Below, in pieces: positions 1-12,119 of a stretch of DNA of 64,000 bases. The translations under genes were made by a program, and so were the position numbers. Numbering within the stretch: the first letter of the stretch is position 1; each line of letters opens with the position of its first letter. The stretch is from NCBI RefSeq assembly GCF_041956535.1, contig NW_027192203.1, positions 493,406 through 557,405 on the forward strand, written 5' to 3'. The DNA comes from Calcarisporiella thermophila CBS 279.70. Its lineage: Eukaryota > Fungi > Calcarisporiellomycota. Under the pieces are notes generated by a model. It did not search any database and was not told the DNA's origin. It saw only the letters and a list, made by a program, of their open reading frames with translations.

Positions 1-466
1 ACGTTGCTAGTTCATTCATTGCCTGATTAATCTGTAGGACCCCTTTATGTTTCGCCCTTAGCAATAGCTTTTTCTCATTACTATTTCTGATGGATTCAGA
101 GTTTTTGATAAAGCATTAAACTTGATATATCAATTTGGTATCCATCATCATATCGACGATATCTTCTCATACAAAATTTTTCATTGATTGACTTAAGAGA
201 TTTTTCCCGAAACATTATTGGAATTCCAGGTTATAAGTGATTTGTTATTGCATAATACTTCAAATCCTCTTGACCTATTCTTTCCATTTGATGATTCAAT
301 ATTATTTAGAAAAATCATGGCAGTCCATCTTGCTGTTTTGGAATACATGGTTTTTAAGAGTCTCAAAACATTTTCACTACGAATGAAAACATCTGAAAAT
401 AGCAAAGAATTTTTGAATATTGTCATCAAAGATTACATTCAAATATATAACTCTAATGATGTTTGA
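1..466 (+). CDS. 3' end of an unidentified intron-containing gene (partial)
   Basis: Open frame 218-466 ends in TGA, preceded by plausible GT-AG introns (spliced ...VFDKALNLIYQF/EIFPETLLEFQ...). It converges on the next gene. No family recognised. Confidence 0.4.
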
Positions 467-496
467 AAAATAGAAAATAAAGCAGAATAATATTTT

Positions 497-3400
497 TTAG
501 TAGAAGTTAGCATGCTGATAGTGATGCGAATCTTCCGAGAATTCTCTTGCTCCAGTATATGTCCGAGCCCCTACAGTCTGCTCGTCCCCACTGAATATTG
601 ACCGAAAAAATAGAAAAATCATCCAACATATTCCCAAGAATACTAGATTCGGAACGGCAGCAAACCATCGTAAGCGAAAGCGGAATCGGTCGAGTACCGG
701 AGGTACCGCAATTCCATATTCTCGAGACCAAAAGGCGAGGAACTGTTCATATTGCCTGTTGAGAAGCTCCTCCAATTTGGCAAGCAATTGAACCAGCAGC
801 TCAATCTCATAGGATTTGACAATCTCACGCGATCGGTCGGAAACGGCAAAGTGGACCTCGTGTGGACTACGCTTGGGAGGAAGCCGTCTAGTCGCTGCAT
901 CTCTACCTTTCCTAGAGGTGCTCGCCCCAGCTGACGAACCCTCTTTTTCTCCAGTTTCGAAGCTCAGTCCGGATTGCATAGCGCTACTTGTTCGCTTTCC
1001 TAAAGGATTGGCATAGACAGCTAAAGCAACATCTCCAGGGATACAGAGCGCTCCTGCATATAACTCAATTAAGTCCTGGTATTCTGCAACAAGCCGTTCA
1101 GTGCCGGTAATCATTCGTTTTCTCTCCTCTGCATCCTCGAAGGCGCTGCGTATCATATTCACTACCGTATTCCAAATATGGGTCAGCTGCGATCTATTGG
1201 TGACCATTGAATCCGTCGTGGATGAGGGAGCAAAGGAAGATTTGTCTTGTAATTCCTGGAGCCTCTGCCTATATACTTGTAAAACCTTTCCTATTGTCCC
1301 GAAAGCTTCAAAGACCACCGCACGATCCTCCTCTAAAAATAGCATCTCAGTAGGCCATGTGCCCTCCCATGCGAGTAAACGCCCTCGCATAACGGTCAAA
1401 AATCTCTTAATATTCTCGCGTATTGTCGCCCATTCATTTTGGTTTAGATAGTTGTGCGACGCTACTGCCGATGACTCCGCTTGGGGAGAAGGCAATGATG
1501 CGTATGAACTTGCGTTTAGTAGCGGAGCGAGGCTCGAGGTTCGTGCGGGTGGCCGGTTATCCTTCACTAGCAGAGAGAGTGGGGTTCTTCTTGATATTGG
1601 GTCTGCGGTGAGTGGGGGATTCCATGCCCGTTTATACAATCTTGCTTCCTCCTCACTATAGCCCACAATCCGTTCATAATTGTGAAGAATGAGTGCATGC
1701 TCAGCGTGCGCCAAAATTTCAACTACCCCACGCGTATAGTAAACCTCAAGAACTTGTGCCATTATCCGGAATTCAGGAGAGAGTGTGAATTTGGTAGAAG
1801 CAGAATGAAAGGGAGAAGCAGTGGAGCGTGTCGGAGCAATGCTGTTGTAGGTGAAGCGGGCAGCTCGTTCAAGAAAACTATTTAGAAGCGTCGTATAAAA
1901 AGGAAAATTGTCCAGAACAAAAGGAATCCTAGTGACACCAATAGGTTAGGAAATGAATACACAACAAAAAGAAAAAAATATATACCATGAGGAGGTTTCG
2001 AAAAGAGTTTGTGAACTATCTTTCGTATTATCTTTTTTCCACGGCGATAACCAGGTAGTCCATAGCTCAGAGATCTAGATGGGATATTGTTAGCAAATGA
2101 ATATTTAAAGAGGCATATATATCGAGCTTACATATGAGAATGAATTGTCCTTTGGCCAATGTTGCATTGCGAGTCTTAAGAATGAGTACAATCGTGGCTG
2201 AATTGCTTGATATGCACTCCTATAATCAAGTGAATTACTCGTTTTAAAAAAGGGAGATCGATAATATCATAAAAGGAAAAACGCTATACTTTTTCACAAA
2301 CATTTCCAAGCTAAAGTTACTTGTCATGCTAATCGACCCTGATTCCTCGAAACAAGTTCGTAGATCGCTTGTGCTCAAGTGTTTAATTACTTGGGAAATG
2401 CAATGAACAAGCTGTGATGATGGTTGTACGTAAGGCTGAGTGAAAGCAAAAGAAAGGTTGTTTCAATATTATTATAGACACTACTACAAGAAAATTTTTT
2501 GGAATAAATTACCCGCAAAGCAGACGCACCAGCACCTTGGTATTCATTCTGATTTAACCATAGTTCTGCAATAGCTCCTGCAAAAAAATCTGCTACTGCT
2601 AATAGCCGATCGGGCGCCATCCCTGCCTTGCTTGGTCTTGCCGAACTCAATGGCATAAAATGGTTCAAGTAATTACGCAGTAAATCAGCATAAACTCCCT
2701 CAGCAAGCATACGAAATTGACTCTGTTGTGATGCGGTTGGTACGTTGGAAGAGGACGAGTTGGTGCCCCTAAGCTTAGGGAGATGCTGTCTGAGAGCAAC
2801 CGAGCTAGTATAATTATGCGAAGTTGAGAGGTCAGGTGAAGTAGACGTAATAGCACGAAGTTGACTGCTTGAAGTTTTCTCCTAAAGGCAAAAAAAAAAT
2901 TAATATAATAAATAGACGCCAGAACACGGCATTCCAAGTATAAACAGCAAGCACACAATAGCAAAATGAAATATTCACTCTACATACAGCTCCATATTGT
3001 GGACGATTGTCATTTGCAGGAGTATCGAAAGCCATAGCGAAGAGAAAAACAAACAGGTAGTATTCCAATATATCTAACAAATCGAGCATTTGATCAGTAA
3101 AAACAGCGTAATAAAAACAAAAATATAAACCATAAGTTAGATAATTACTTAAAACTAAAATAGCACCGCTTGAGCTTGACGTAGGAGTAGAAGAAAAGGT
3201 GGTAGGGTTGGTTTGGCTTAACGAGGAGGGTATGGCCCCAATCCCTGTTGAGAGCTGTTCGTTCCTTCGCTCTACGCTTGCAGAGCGAACTCGATTCCGG
3301 TAGACATTAGGGAGGGCAAGGAAATCGCCTGTATTGAGCTGGGCTTGTGTGTGTGACTAAAAAATATATAATGAATTCTACTGCCCCTTTTTAAAGTTGG

Positions 3401-3809
3401 CTGAAAATTATATACCGGAAGCTTTTCTGGTTGAATATCGTATATAGTCCCGTTATTCATGAGCTTTAACATCGCCTTAACAAATACCCCATCCGTTTTG
3501 AGAAGATCATAGAGTGCTTTCTCTTCTTTAGGGGTCATCCTCCTGTGCAGCCAGCCCCTGGAAACAAAGCATACGGTTATACTATGCAAAACTTGATATC
3601 AATCATAGTAACTTTTCTCACCTTTTATCCGAAGTCCCCAGAAAATATGAACAGAGGGTAGGCAGGAACATCGAAAATGTGTTGGCATAATGTGCACTGT
3701 AATCAACCCCTAAAATCTCACTCTGGAGGAACTCTGTGAGCCGCGCACATGAGTCGATAATATTTGTCGCGGACACTAGATCCTCAGGCTTTGTGATTGG
3801 AGGCGACAT
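497..3809 (-). CDS. SMPD4: Sphingomyelin phosphodiesterase 4 (SMPD4/nSMase3/NET13)-like protein, multi-exon
   Basis: Spliced motifs typical of SMPD4: LNILEYYLF, AELWLNQN, IQPRLYSFLRLAMQHWPKD, ELWTTWLSPW, FVLDNFPFY, VKSYEIELLV, FRLRWFA followed by a C-terminal TM helix. Start uncertain (ATG 3809; another ATG near 3946). Confidence 0.75.
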
Positions 3810-4036
3810 ATCGGTTGAAAACAATTGAGATCAAGCCACAACTTCTCCTTTTCTTCAGAAATGAGAAGAATTAGAAAGAGAATACTAATCTTCAACAGTA
3901 ATTCTTCGATAGAGTTCGCGAGGAATATATTAACGCGACTAACCATGTGTTTTTAGCCCAGTGGTGGCTTGTTATATAGAGCAGTCAAAAGAAGCAATTT
4001 GATTAACGGGCTGAATCGTTAACTGATCTCTACACT

Positions 4037-5019
4037 ATGCCCATAATTGAACCGATCGAGACCTCGCCTGAAGTCAAACCGACTTCCACAGCTGATGAAA
4101 CTGCTAAAAAATTAGATGATTTGTCTCTCAACGATGAAGCTACTTTTGAAGAGTGCATCAATACGAATCTTGAGCCAACGCCTGAAGAGAAAAAAGTACG
4201 CTCATGGCTTGTATCCATAAGTTCAAAATTGACCAAGCTTTAATTCATATAATCATGCTGTAGGTATTATTGGAGAAATCCGAAAATCTTAAAGCGAAAG
4301 GAAATCGTTTGTTCGCGGAAGGAAAATATACAGAGGCCATTGAGGTATATGAGAATGCGTTGGACATTTGCCCCGAAGATTATGCGACTGAAAGAGCTGT
4401 ATATTTTGGAAATATGGGGGCATGTTTTATGAAATTGGTGAGAGCTCAGTACATGACTAATTTTCTTTTCATTTTGATTAATCCAAAGTTAACTATCTAG
4501 GATGAATATAAAAAAGCTGTTGAAATGTGTGATAGAGGTATATTTCTGTGATATTTATTTCTCTATCTGGTTATTTATCTACTAACATTTTTTACATGAG
4601 AAGCTCTCGAATTGAATGATAAATATACTAAAGCGCTTTTGCGTCGTGCGCAGGCCAACGAAAAACTAGGAAATCTCGGGGGTCTAATGGCTGCGCTTGA
4701 AGATTATAAAAAATTAAAGGAAATTTCAGACATACCTTCCCATCAACAAACTTGCCTACAAGCAATACAGCGTCTTCCCCCGCGAATTCAGGTACAACAA
4801 GAAAAAGAGAAGCAGGAAATGCTTGGTATGCTACTTTAGTTTATTTCTTATCTCGATATACTATTAATCGCTTCCCTAATTCCAGGTAAACTTAAAGATC
4901 TCGGTAACACTATTCTTGGCAAGTTTGGATTATCAACAGATAATTTCAAACTGCAACAAGATCCTAACACGGGCGGATATTCAGTAAATTTTGTGAGTGG
5001 GGGCTCATCACAGCAATAG
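4037..5019 (+). CDS. TTC1: TPR co-chaperone TTC1-like
   Basis: TPR motifs ([17 protein letters not shown]; [15 protein letters not shown]) and the TTC1 C-terminus [34 protein letters not shown]; 5 exons; stop TAG 5017-5019. Confidence 0.85.
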
Positions 5020-5248
5020 GCAGAGGCAATTAGAATATTAGTTGAAAACCTGTCTTTTTATCCCGCAATGGGTTCTTAAATATCCATTAATATATTAGAC
5101 ATGTAATGTATTTAGATTTCTCTATTCTTTTCGTTTTTCAACAAGCCACCCTTTTCTATCAATCGATTATAAAATAATACCCATGACATTTATATAGGAT
5201 TTAGATTATAAAATGTTTGCAATACATCCAGCTTTGTATATATAGAAG

Positions 5249-5518
5249 TTACGATCTATATCCAGCCTTTGCTTTTCTTCCGGCATCCATTGGTGCAGCG
5301 GCTGCATTGTGTTCTGGTTCAGCGGCAGTAGCCCGCTGAGGTGCCTGCTCTGCGGGTACCTTTGCGATATCGCCTCCGACGAGTGTGAATTTTCCAGGAT
5401 TTCCAAGCAATTGATTCATGTCCTGATCCTGAAGGCCAATTGTCTCCACAGGCAAGAGTTGCGCTTGTACTGCCACCAGAAGAGTAGCAAGCAGGAGTGT
5501 GGAGGATAAGCGAGGCAT
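5249..5518 (-). CDS. Small secreted protein, 89 aa, unknown function
   Basis: Signal peptide MPRLSSTLLLATLLVAVQA; TATATATA about 95 bp upstream on the minus strand; coding-like GC against AT-rich flanks. Confidence 0.65.
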   Translation of the reverse strand: MPRLSSTLLLATLLVAVQAQLLPVETIGLQDQDMNQLLGNPGKFTLVGGDIAKVPAEQAPQRATAAEPEHNAAAAPMDAGRKAKAGYRS

Positions 5519-5862
5519 ATTAAAGTTAACGTGTCAAGGCCAAAGCAAAGTGAAAGAAAAAAGAGAGATTTAATAGAGAGAGCTATGAATGAAGAACAAA
5601 AATTTTCTCTAACCGCGACAGATATATATACGTTTGGGGTCATGCGCGTGCTTGAGTATCGATATTCGGGAAATACGTTCTTCACGAAGAATTTCTTCGC
5701 AAAATTCCATTGAAAGATTGAAAAATGTGGCTTAGCATACCGGTCCTCCAAACGCCCGGTAAGTTTCGATATAGAGAACTGATTAGAAAAGAATGACGAG
5801 ATCTTGAGATCTCACGCCTTTCCTTCAAGTTTTTCTAATCACTTCAATTTCGCATTACAACC

Positions 5863-7066
5863 ATGTCACATTTAGGCGATGAGAATAACCACTTGGATTT
5901 TGATGATATGGACGATGACAAGAAGGATTTTGCTATTGATGAAGAGGCCGATGACGGTTATTTAGATCTTCGAGGCCTAGAGCCTAAAGTGTGGTTGGTC
6001 AAGGTGCCAACGTTTCTTGCCGATTCTTGGGCTCCTCATCTAGAAGAAGAAGGTAAAACGCTTGGACGGGTTCGGATATACAGTGACGGGTAAATATTAT
6101 ACTCTCATTCTAACAAATACATTATTATATGCTAATGAGTTTCTGTAAATTTTTTGGTGGAATTCTGTATACTCAGTCCTGCTAGTGAGGTGAGATTTGT
6201 GTGATTACCTCACATTTCCTCTTGATCTCAACTTTATCTAAAAATAATCCAATAGCCTCAAATCTCTATCGTTCTCAACGACGAACTGACTACTGATAAA
6301 GTTCCTCGTGAGTATAAACTTCGGGTAGTCGATGCGAATGTAACGCGTAAATATGTTTTCACTGAGGATGAGAAGGGAAGCGCTGCCCTAGCAGGCACTG
6401 TACACCATGAATGCACTGTCACGCCAGTTACAGACCAGTCATACACCCATATTCTACAACGTCGTACCTTGAATGCAGATAATCCACGCCGTTCCGTCCA
6501 GCTTCTATCAGATACAGATAGAAGGGGAACTTTCCTTGCTCCTGGGGCGGCTGGAAATGCGCTTGGAGTCAATACATTTATTAAGCCGAAACCGAAGCCA
6601 ACTCAAGAGGCGAAGGCAACTAGGATTGCAAGACACGACCTTTTGGATATGCTCTTTAAGGCATTTGAAAGATATCGGTATTGGTCATTTAAAGGTTTAA
6701 TAGAATATACGAAGCAGCCGGCGGTAACTTTTAATTTTGAAATATAATAATTTATTTATTTAATTACGCTAATTTATCATGTTACCAATCCGTTAGGCAT
6801 ATCTGAAAGAAATAATTAACGAAATATGTGTGCTCAATAAGAAAGGAGCATTCAATGCAATGTATGAGTTGAAAGAGGAGTTTCGTTCAGGCAAGATGGC
6901 TACCGAGGGAGCTGAACCCGGCTCAGCGGCCAGCAGAATGAGGTTGGGAATTGAAAATGGTAATCAGGCTGGTACAGACGCAGAAGGTGATGAAGGTGAC
7001 GAGGATGACGCGGAGGATGTGGATGATGAGGATGTGGATATGGATATGGACGTGAAAATGGAGTGA
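5863..7066 (+). CDS. TFG2: Transcription initiation factor TFIIF beta subunit (RAP30)
   Basis: KVWLVKVPTFL N-terminal motif; winged helix LLDMLFKAFERYRYWSFKGL..TKQPA.YLKEII; includes a 13-nt exon at 6177-6189. Confidence 0.92.
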
Positions 7067-7665
7067 TATGCGTAGTCGAAATATTTTTATATACTATGAG
7101 CTGAAATATTTTTATATACTCTCACTTTATTTGTTCTTATTGTACATTAATTCCTCTTATATTAAGAGAAAAAAAAAGAAGAAAAGAAAAGATTGAGGTG
7201 CACAAGCACCTTACGAGGAGCCGATTGGGAGACTCGGTTCTAGATCAGTTCTACATATATTTTTTCCCCTTTTTTATGAACCATGAAAGTAAAAGCATTA
7301 TTCACACCATTGCTTAGAGAAAAAGCTGAATATATTTGTGCTATATTGGTATTACACACAAAAATCACAATTCAATACATAATCTAAACATGGTGCCCCC
7401 AAGTAAATGTTGGGGCTGTTTAGGAGTTATATTGAGAATCTATGTATAAAGCATATTATGCTCGATGTCAGATCAATTTTAATAAACTTGCTATGTTGGC
7501 TTTCATTGATAAAATTGTCTGTTTTTTCCTACTCTAGTTCATTCCCGCCTTTTGATTGTGAATATATGGTTGTTTATATTTTTCTTAGAGAAAGGGGGTC
7601 CTCAAAACCAACCATGTTTTTGGGCTATATCAATAAATAGATGTGTATAATACAAGCCATTGGCT

Positions 7666-9150
7666 CTATTCTATAACTGCAGCTGTCATCTCGGTTTTTC
7701 TCTCCGGTAGTACTCTATCAGGATAATCTCTAAAACAAGGAACCCCCGGATTCACACGTCCATCCTCCAGTTTCTCGCCTAATTCATCTTGAACAACCTC
7801 CAAGCACCATTTCTCTCCGCATGTATGCGAAAGTCGCTGTTTGCAGGCGTCGCATTGGACAAAAAGCAGATTACATGCTGCGTTTCGACAATTCGACATC
7901 ACATCACATGGAGCACCACAAGAATAGCAACGCCCAAGGACTTCGTCAGTTATTGGCTCGCCCAATCGCTTATCGAAGGTGAAATTTTTTCCATGGTAGA
8001 GCGATTGAAGACCAGGCTGAGAACGAACATAATTTCCATAAGCAGTGATACCTCCACGCAGCATCCGGACATTCTCAAATCCCTTAGATCGAAGAATTGC
8101 GCCAGCTTTCGAACAGCGGATACCTCCTAATGAATGCATTGATGGGTCAAACTCCGTAATATTTTGACAATTCAGAATACCATATACCTGTGCAATACAT
8201 ATATATCTCTTCGCCCTCTTTGCCTTTACAGATTTCCTCCATGGCTTTGATCCCATCTCTGAATGTCGCTACCTTTGGTCTGATTGCCCCTTCAAAATGG
8301 CCAATATCACTTTTGGTGGAAGTACTAGGATTAATAGATAGCGAGAGAACTTTACAAAAGATAAAACACCCACCTCTCATACTGATTTCTCATGTCAATT
8401 AAAATCGGTTTTCGGCCCTTCTCATGGGAAGACTTAATTTCTTTGTGCCACTGTTCTGGATTGAGGTATATAGGTTGTTTCTTAATGTCATAAGATCCCT
8501 GGGCAAGACCGTCTGCAACCACCTATAGAATTGTGTTAGTAAGAATAATAATGAACTTGATGGAAACTAAAAGTTTACCTGATGTCTTACTCGTACATGC
8601 AGCTTTTTAAAAGCTTTTTCGTGAGATGTCGCATAATTAAATACCAAATTATCAAAGTATTTTGCGAGAGCTCCATCGCAATATTCCCGCAATTTTTCGA
8701 CAGCAAGGGTAGGGCAAGAGATCTGAGCATTAATACCTACCATAATATTTAGTAAATCTCTAGACCTTCGATGGCTCGATAACAAAGTCGCTTACCTTCT
8801 TCAGCAATATAAATTCGGCCAACCACACCCATAGATTCCAAGTCTGATAGCATTTGTAACCGGAGAGAGGGAAGTATGTCAGCTGGGAGCGAGGCGAATT
8901 GATAAAAAGAAATGTTGCGATAGTCATGCTTCAGAGGTGCCGTGACGGTTGAAGTAAATCTGCAATGGTCTACGCATTTGTAGGGATTCGACTCTCCATG
9001 GATACGTTGAAGAGGCAAAATATGTCTAAAGTTGGATGGATTGTTTAGATTAAAAGAAGAGCCAACAAGTCGGCGCGAGGACCGAATTAAAAAGGATGAA
9101 GATGGATGTCGCAAAGGACGTAGTAATGGAGTAAGTCTCGAGAGAGACAT
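7666..9150 (-). CDS. Rhodanese-domain TrhO/YceA (UPF0176/TSTD2) family protein with a predicted mitochondrial presequence
   Basis: Spliced GRIYIAEEGINAQIS, DMRNQYESDIGHFEGA, MYCTGGIRCSKA, LRGGI, GKNFTFDKRL and Cys-rich tail CYSCGAPCD..NC.N..C.LLFVQC..C; Arg/Ser/Leu-rich N-terminus lacking acidic residues. Confidence 0.85.
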
Positions 9151-10237
9151 TGGTATATTAATCAGTTATGAAACGAGCCTTAAGTTGATAGTATACTTTT
9201 ATAAACATTATAACAGTCACTTAATTTGGCGTGACTGACTGCTAAATTAAATCGAATGTACTATAATAGCACACATAAACCTAGATGATATGCCAAAGAA
9301 ACGTGCTTGATGAAACAAGCAATTGATAAACGCTACAAAGGTAAAACAAAAGATCCCAATTCAATTCATAAATCCTCGGTATATGAGAATGGTTTAGCGC
9401 TAGTATGAGTAACTTCGTGAACAGTTTATGTATTAGGCTTGAGGCCGACGCAAGTGTATATGGAGATCAAGCCACTGTACACTTTCCGGATGATATTTAA
9501 CTGTTCCTGATATAATGGGAGGGCCCTCTCATAGCCGACTTAGATTACGAGGTCGCTTAATAAGTCAATATATAAATTCAATAATAATAAGCTTCGAGCT
9601 TTCCTCCTCATCAGACAATGCCTCCATTATTTGCTAGAAATCGTTCGAGTAGTTAGAACTCTAAAATTAGTTAGCCACAGTCAAACGATACTTTAAGTTG
9701 TGTAGTTGTGAATATTTGAGTGATTCAAGTGTGAGAAGAAATCGTGATATCTCGGTGAAGAGCACCGTCATATTTATAGTGGCAATATTTCATCAAAAGT
9801 GGATACCATAAAAGAATCCACAAGAATTTGAAAAAACTAAAAAAGAAAATAGATTCTAAGAGCTCATCTTTAAAAAAAAGAATGCCATTTCGGCGCTTTT
9901 GGCAAAAACGCAACCATCTCTCTCAGAGAACTAATTGGCCCTCACGAGTTCTCACCATTGCAACCAGCGATGGAGTGATATCTCATGAAATGAGATATAC
10001 CCCTGATCCCGGTCGCTCGAGAACAAGGATGATACGTGGGTTTCTCATCAGGGAGAGTCGTCGATAAACATACAGAAGATATGTTTACCTACAAGGAAAA
10101 ATCCAGGTGAGTGAACGTGTTTAAAAACACTACTTGCTACGTCATCAATTTTATTTACCGATTCTCGAATAACTCAACAACACTCCTTCAGGGGATCAAA
10201 GCGATCGCAAAAGTAATCTTCCACACGACCCTCCACA

Positions 10238-10676
10238 ATGGCCGATGCACCAGGTAATCGAAAATAAAGAAAAGAAGACATTTCCCTAATAATTCTGCTC
10301 TACTTTTCTTCAACTGATACATTATTTAATTTCATCTGCTTGTTACTAAAACAATTCTATCGCATTCTAATCTCCAGAAATGAAAGCTACTCAAAAGGAG
10401 ATGGCTGATGCACGCCTTCCTCTTGCATATCGGGACTACTGTGCACATCTATTAATCCCATTAAACAAATGTCGCACGGAGACACTGTACATGCCATGGA
10501 AATGTGTGGATGAGAGACATGCTTATGAAAAATGCCAGTACGATGAGTAAGCTTCCACTCCCTTATCATACATGAACTTCCAGGCGACACTTATAACTAA
10601 TATTATTCACGCATATAGCTACATGCGGCGTATGAAGGCTCTAGAAAAGAAGCGTCAGGAAGAGGAAGAACAGTAG
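10238..10676 (+). CDS. NDUFB7: NADH:ubiquinone oxidoreductase subunit B18 (NDUFB7/NB8M), 3 exons
   Basis: Manually spliced: MADAPEMKATQKEMADARLPLAYRDYCAHLLIPLNKCRTETLYMPWKCVDERHAYEKCQYDDYMRRMK (twin CX9C); not in the ORF track. Confidence 0.93.
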
Positions 10677-12119
10677 ACTCGTTTATATATTTTAATTGTT
10701 CATCACATTTTTTTCATTGCTGGCTTCGATCCCTTTTGTAAAAGAATATACAAGCCAGTTTGAAATATAGTAGATTTCTTGCTACACATCCTTAATCCTT
10801 AATATCTCTTAATTTTGCACAAAGAGAAAGCACACGTGAATTGAACTAAAAATGATCAAGGAGGGAGCAACCGACTTTAATTTATTAAGTCACCTCTTCT
10901 CGATTGGAATCTACGATGAATGTCCACGTTGTGTTTGAGTTTTTATTAAGATAATCATATATGAAATTTACCCTGAAAGTATTTTCTATCATGGGCGGGC
11001 GTTACAGGAGGAGCCCGCTTCTTGGAATTAGGTCATCCCGTTTTAGAGCGTGAAAATTGAAGAGGCTGAAATAACTTAGTTTAAGTGAGCAATACTGAGG
11101 ATCCACTTGTCAATAACGTTTGCCTTATTGATGCTATTAGAAGTATTCGGAAAGCCCTTAATAATTGTTCGGTAACCTACCAATTATCCTTTAAGCAAAT
11201 TCTCCCATTAGGATCGAGGGAGATTTTAGAACTGTGAAGAAAGTTTAGAAGTTCACTTCTTACTTCTTATGTTTTATTTTTTTTTCAGATCGGTGTGCCT
11301 CAACAAAATCTGATCAGTTTGAATGAACTAAGCAATCCCACTCAAAGAGAGTGTCAACTTCGAATAGAAAATATTGTAAATATTAATGCATCGATGAGTT
11401 GAAGACTTGTGCAATTCAATGAAGAGTGGCATCGGCATCAATACGCTCCCGGTCCCTGCTGGGTTCTTCTCATTTGTTTTCACGTCACTCAGATCCTCTA
11501 CTGCTCCATATGAAATACTTCGACTTACAGAGACGCTACCTACTGTTTCAGTTACCAGCATAACTAGAAAGCATGGCTTATCTTGTTGCACTTCTTTCAC
11601 GCACGCTTACGAATGAAGGCCCGGTCGCCCTTTCAAATGATCCCATCCACCCGATAGGTGCGATCAATCCGCATTCAAAAAGACATAGCTTGAAAAGAAC
11701 ATGATCGGGCTACGTATGCGAATTTTTGCTTATTTGATCCTTACTTCCGAATTTCGCTCTCAGATTTTTCATTCTGTTTTTGCAACTGACTCAGATTTTT
11801 CAGTCGGATCCCAGAGCGGAGCCCGAAGCGGTGACAGAGAAAGAGTTTCCCGGTGCAAAGTGTGAAAAAGCTTATCGCTTACCGAATTGAATAGCAAAGA
11901 ATGACTGGTAACGGTAAAGTCACCCAGATCAGATGTAAGCTCCTCTGAAACTTGCAAAATAGACATTCGTGATGAAAAAGATTAACTTGTTCCTAAAATC
12001 ATGTATAAAAGGAACGCAATTCTCCTGCGTCTTCCCACTTTTAATTTCGCGATTTTTAATTATTCCATACCCTCCTTGGATTCCTCGCCTATATTATTTC
12101 CTATTCACGAAGAAAAAAA

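Noticed and set aside
137-197. Donor GTATCCAT resembling a U12 (minor spliceosome) 5' splice site
   Set aside because: Mismatch to GTATCCTT and no TCCTTAAC branch point; treated as a U2 intron
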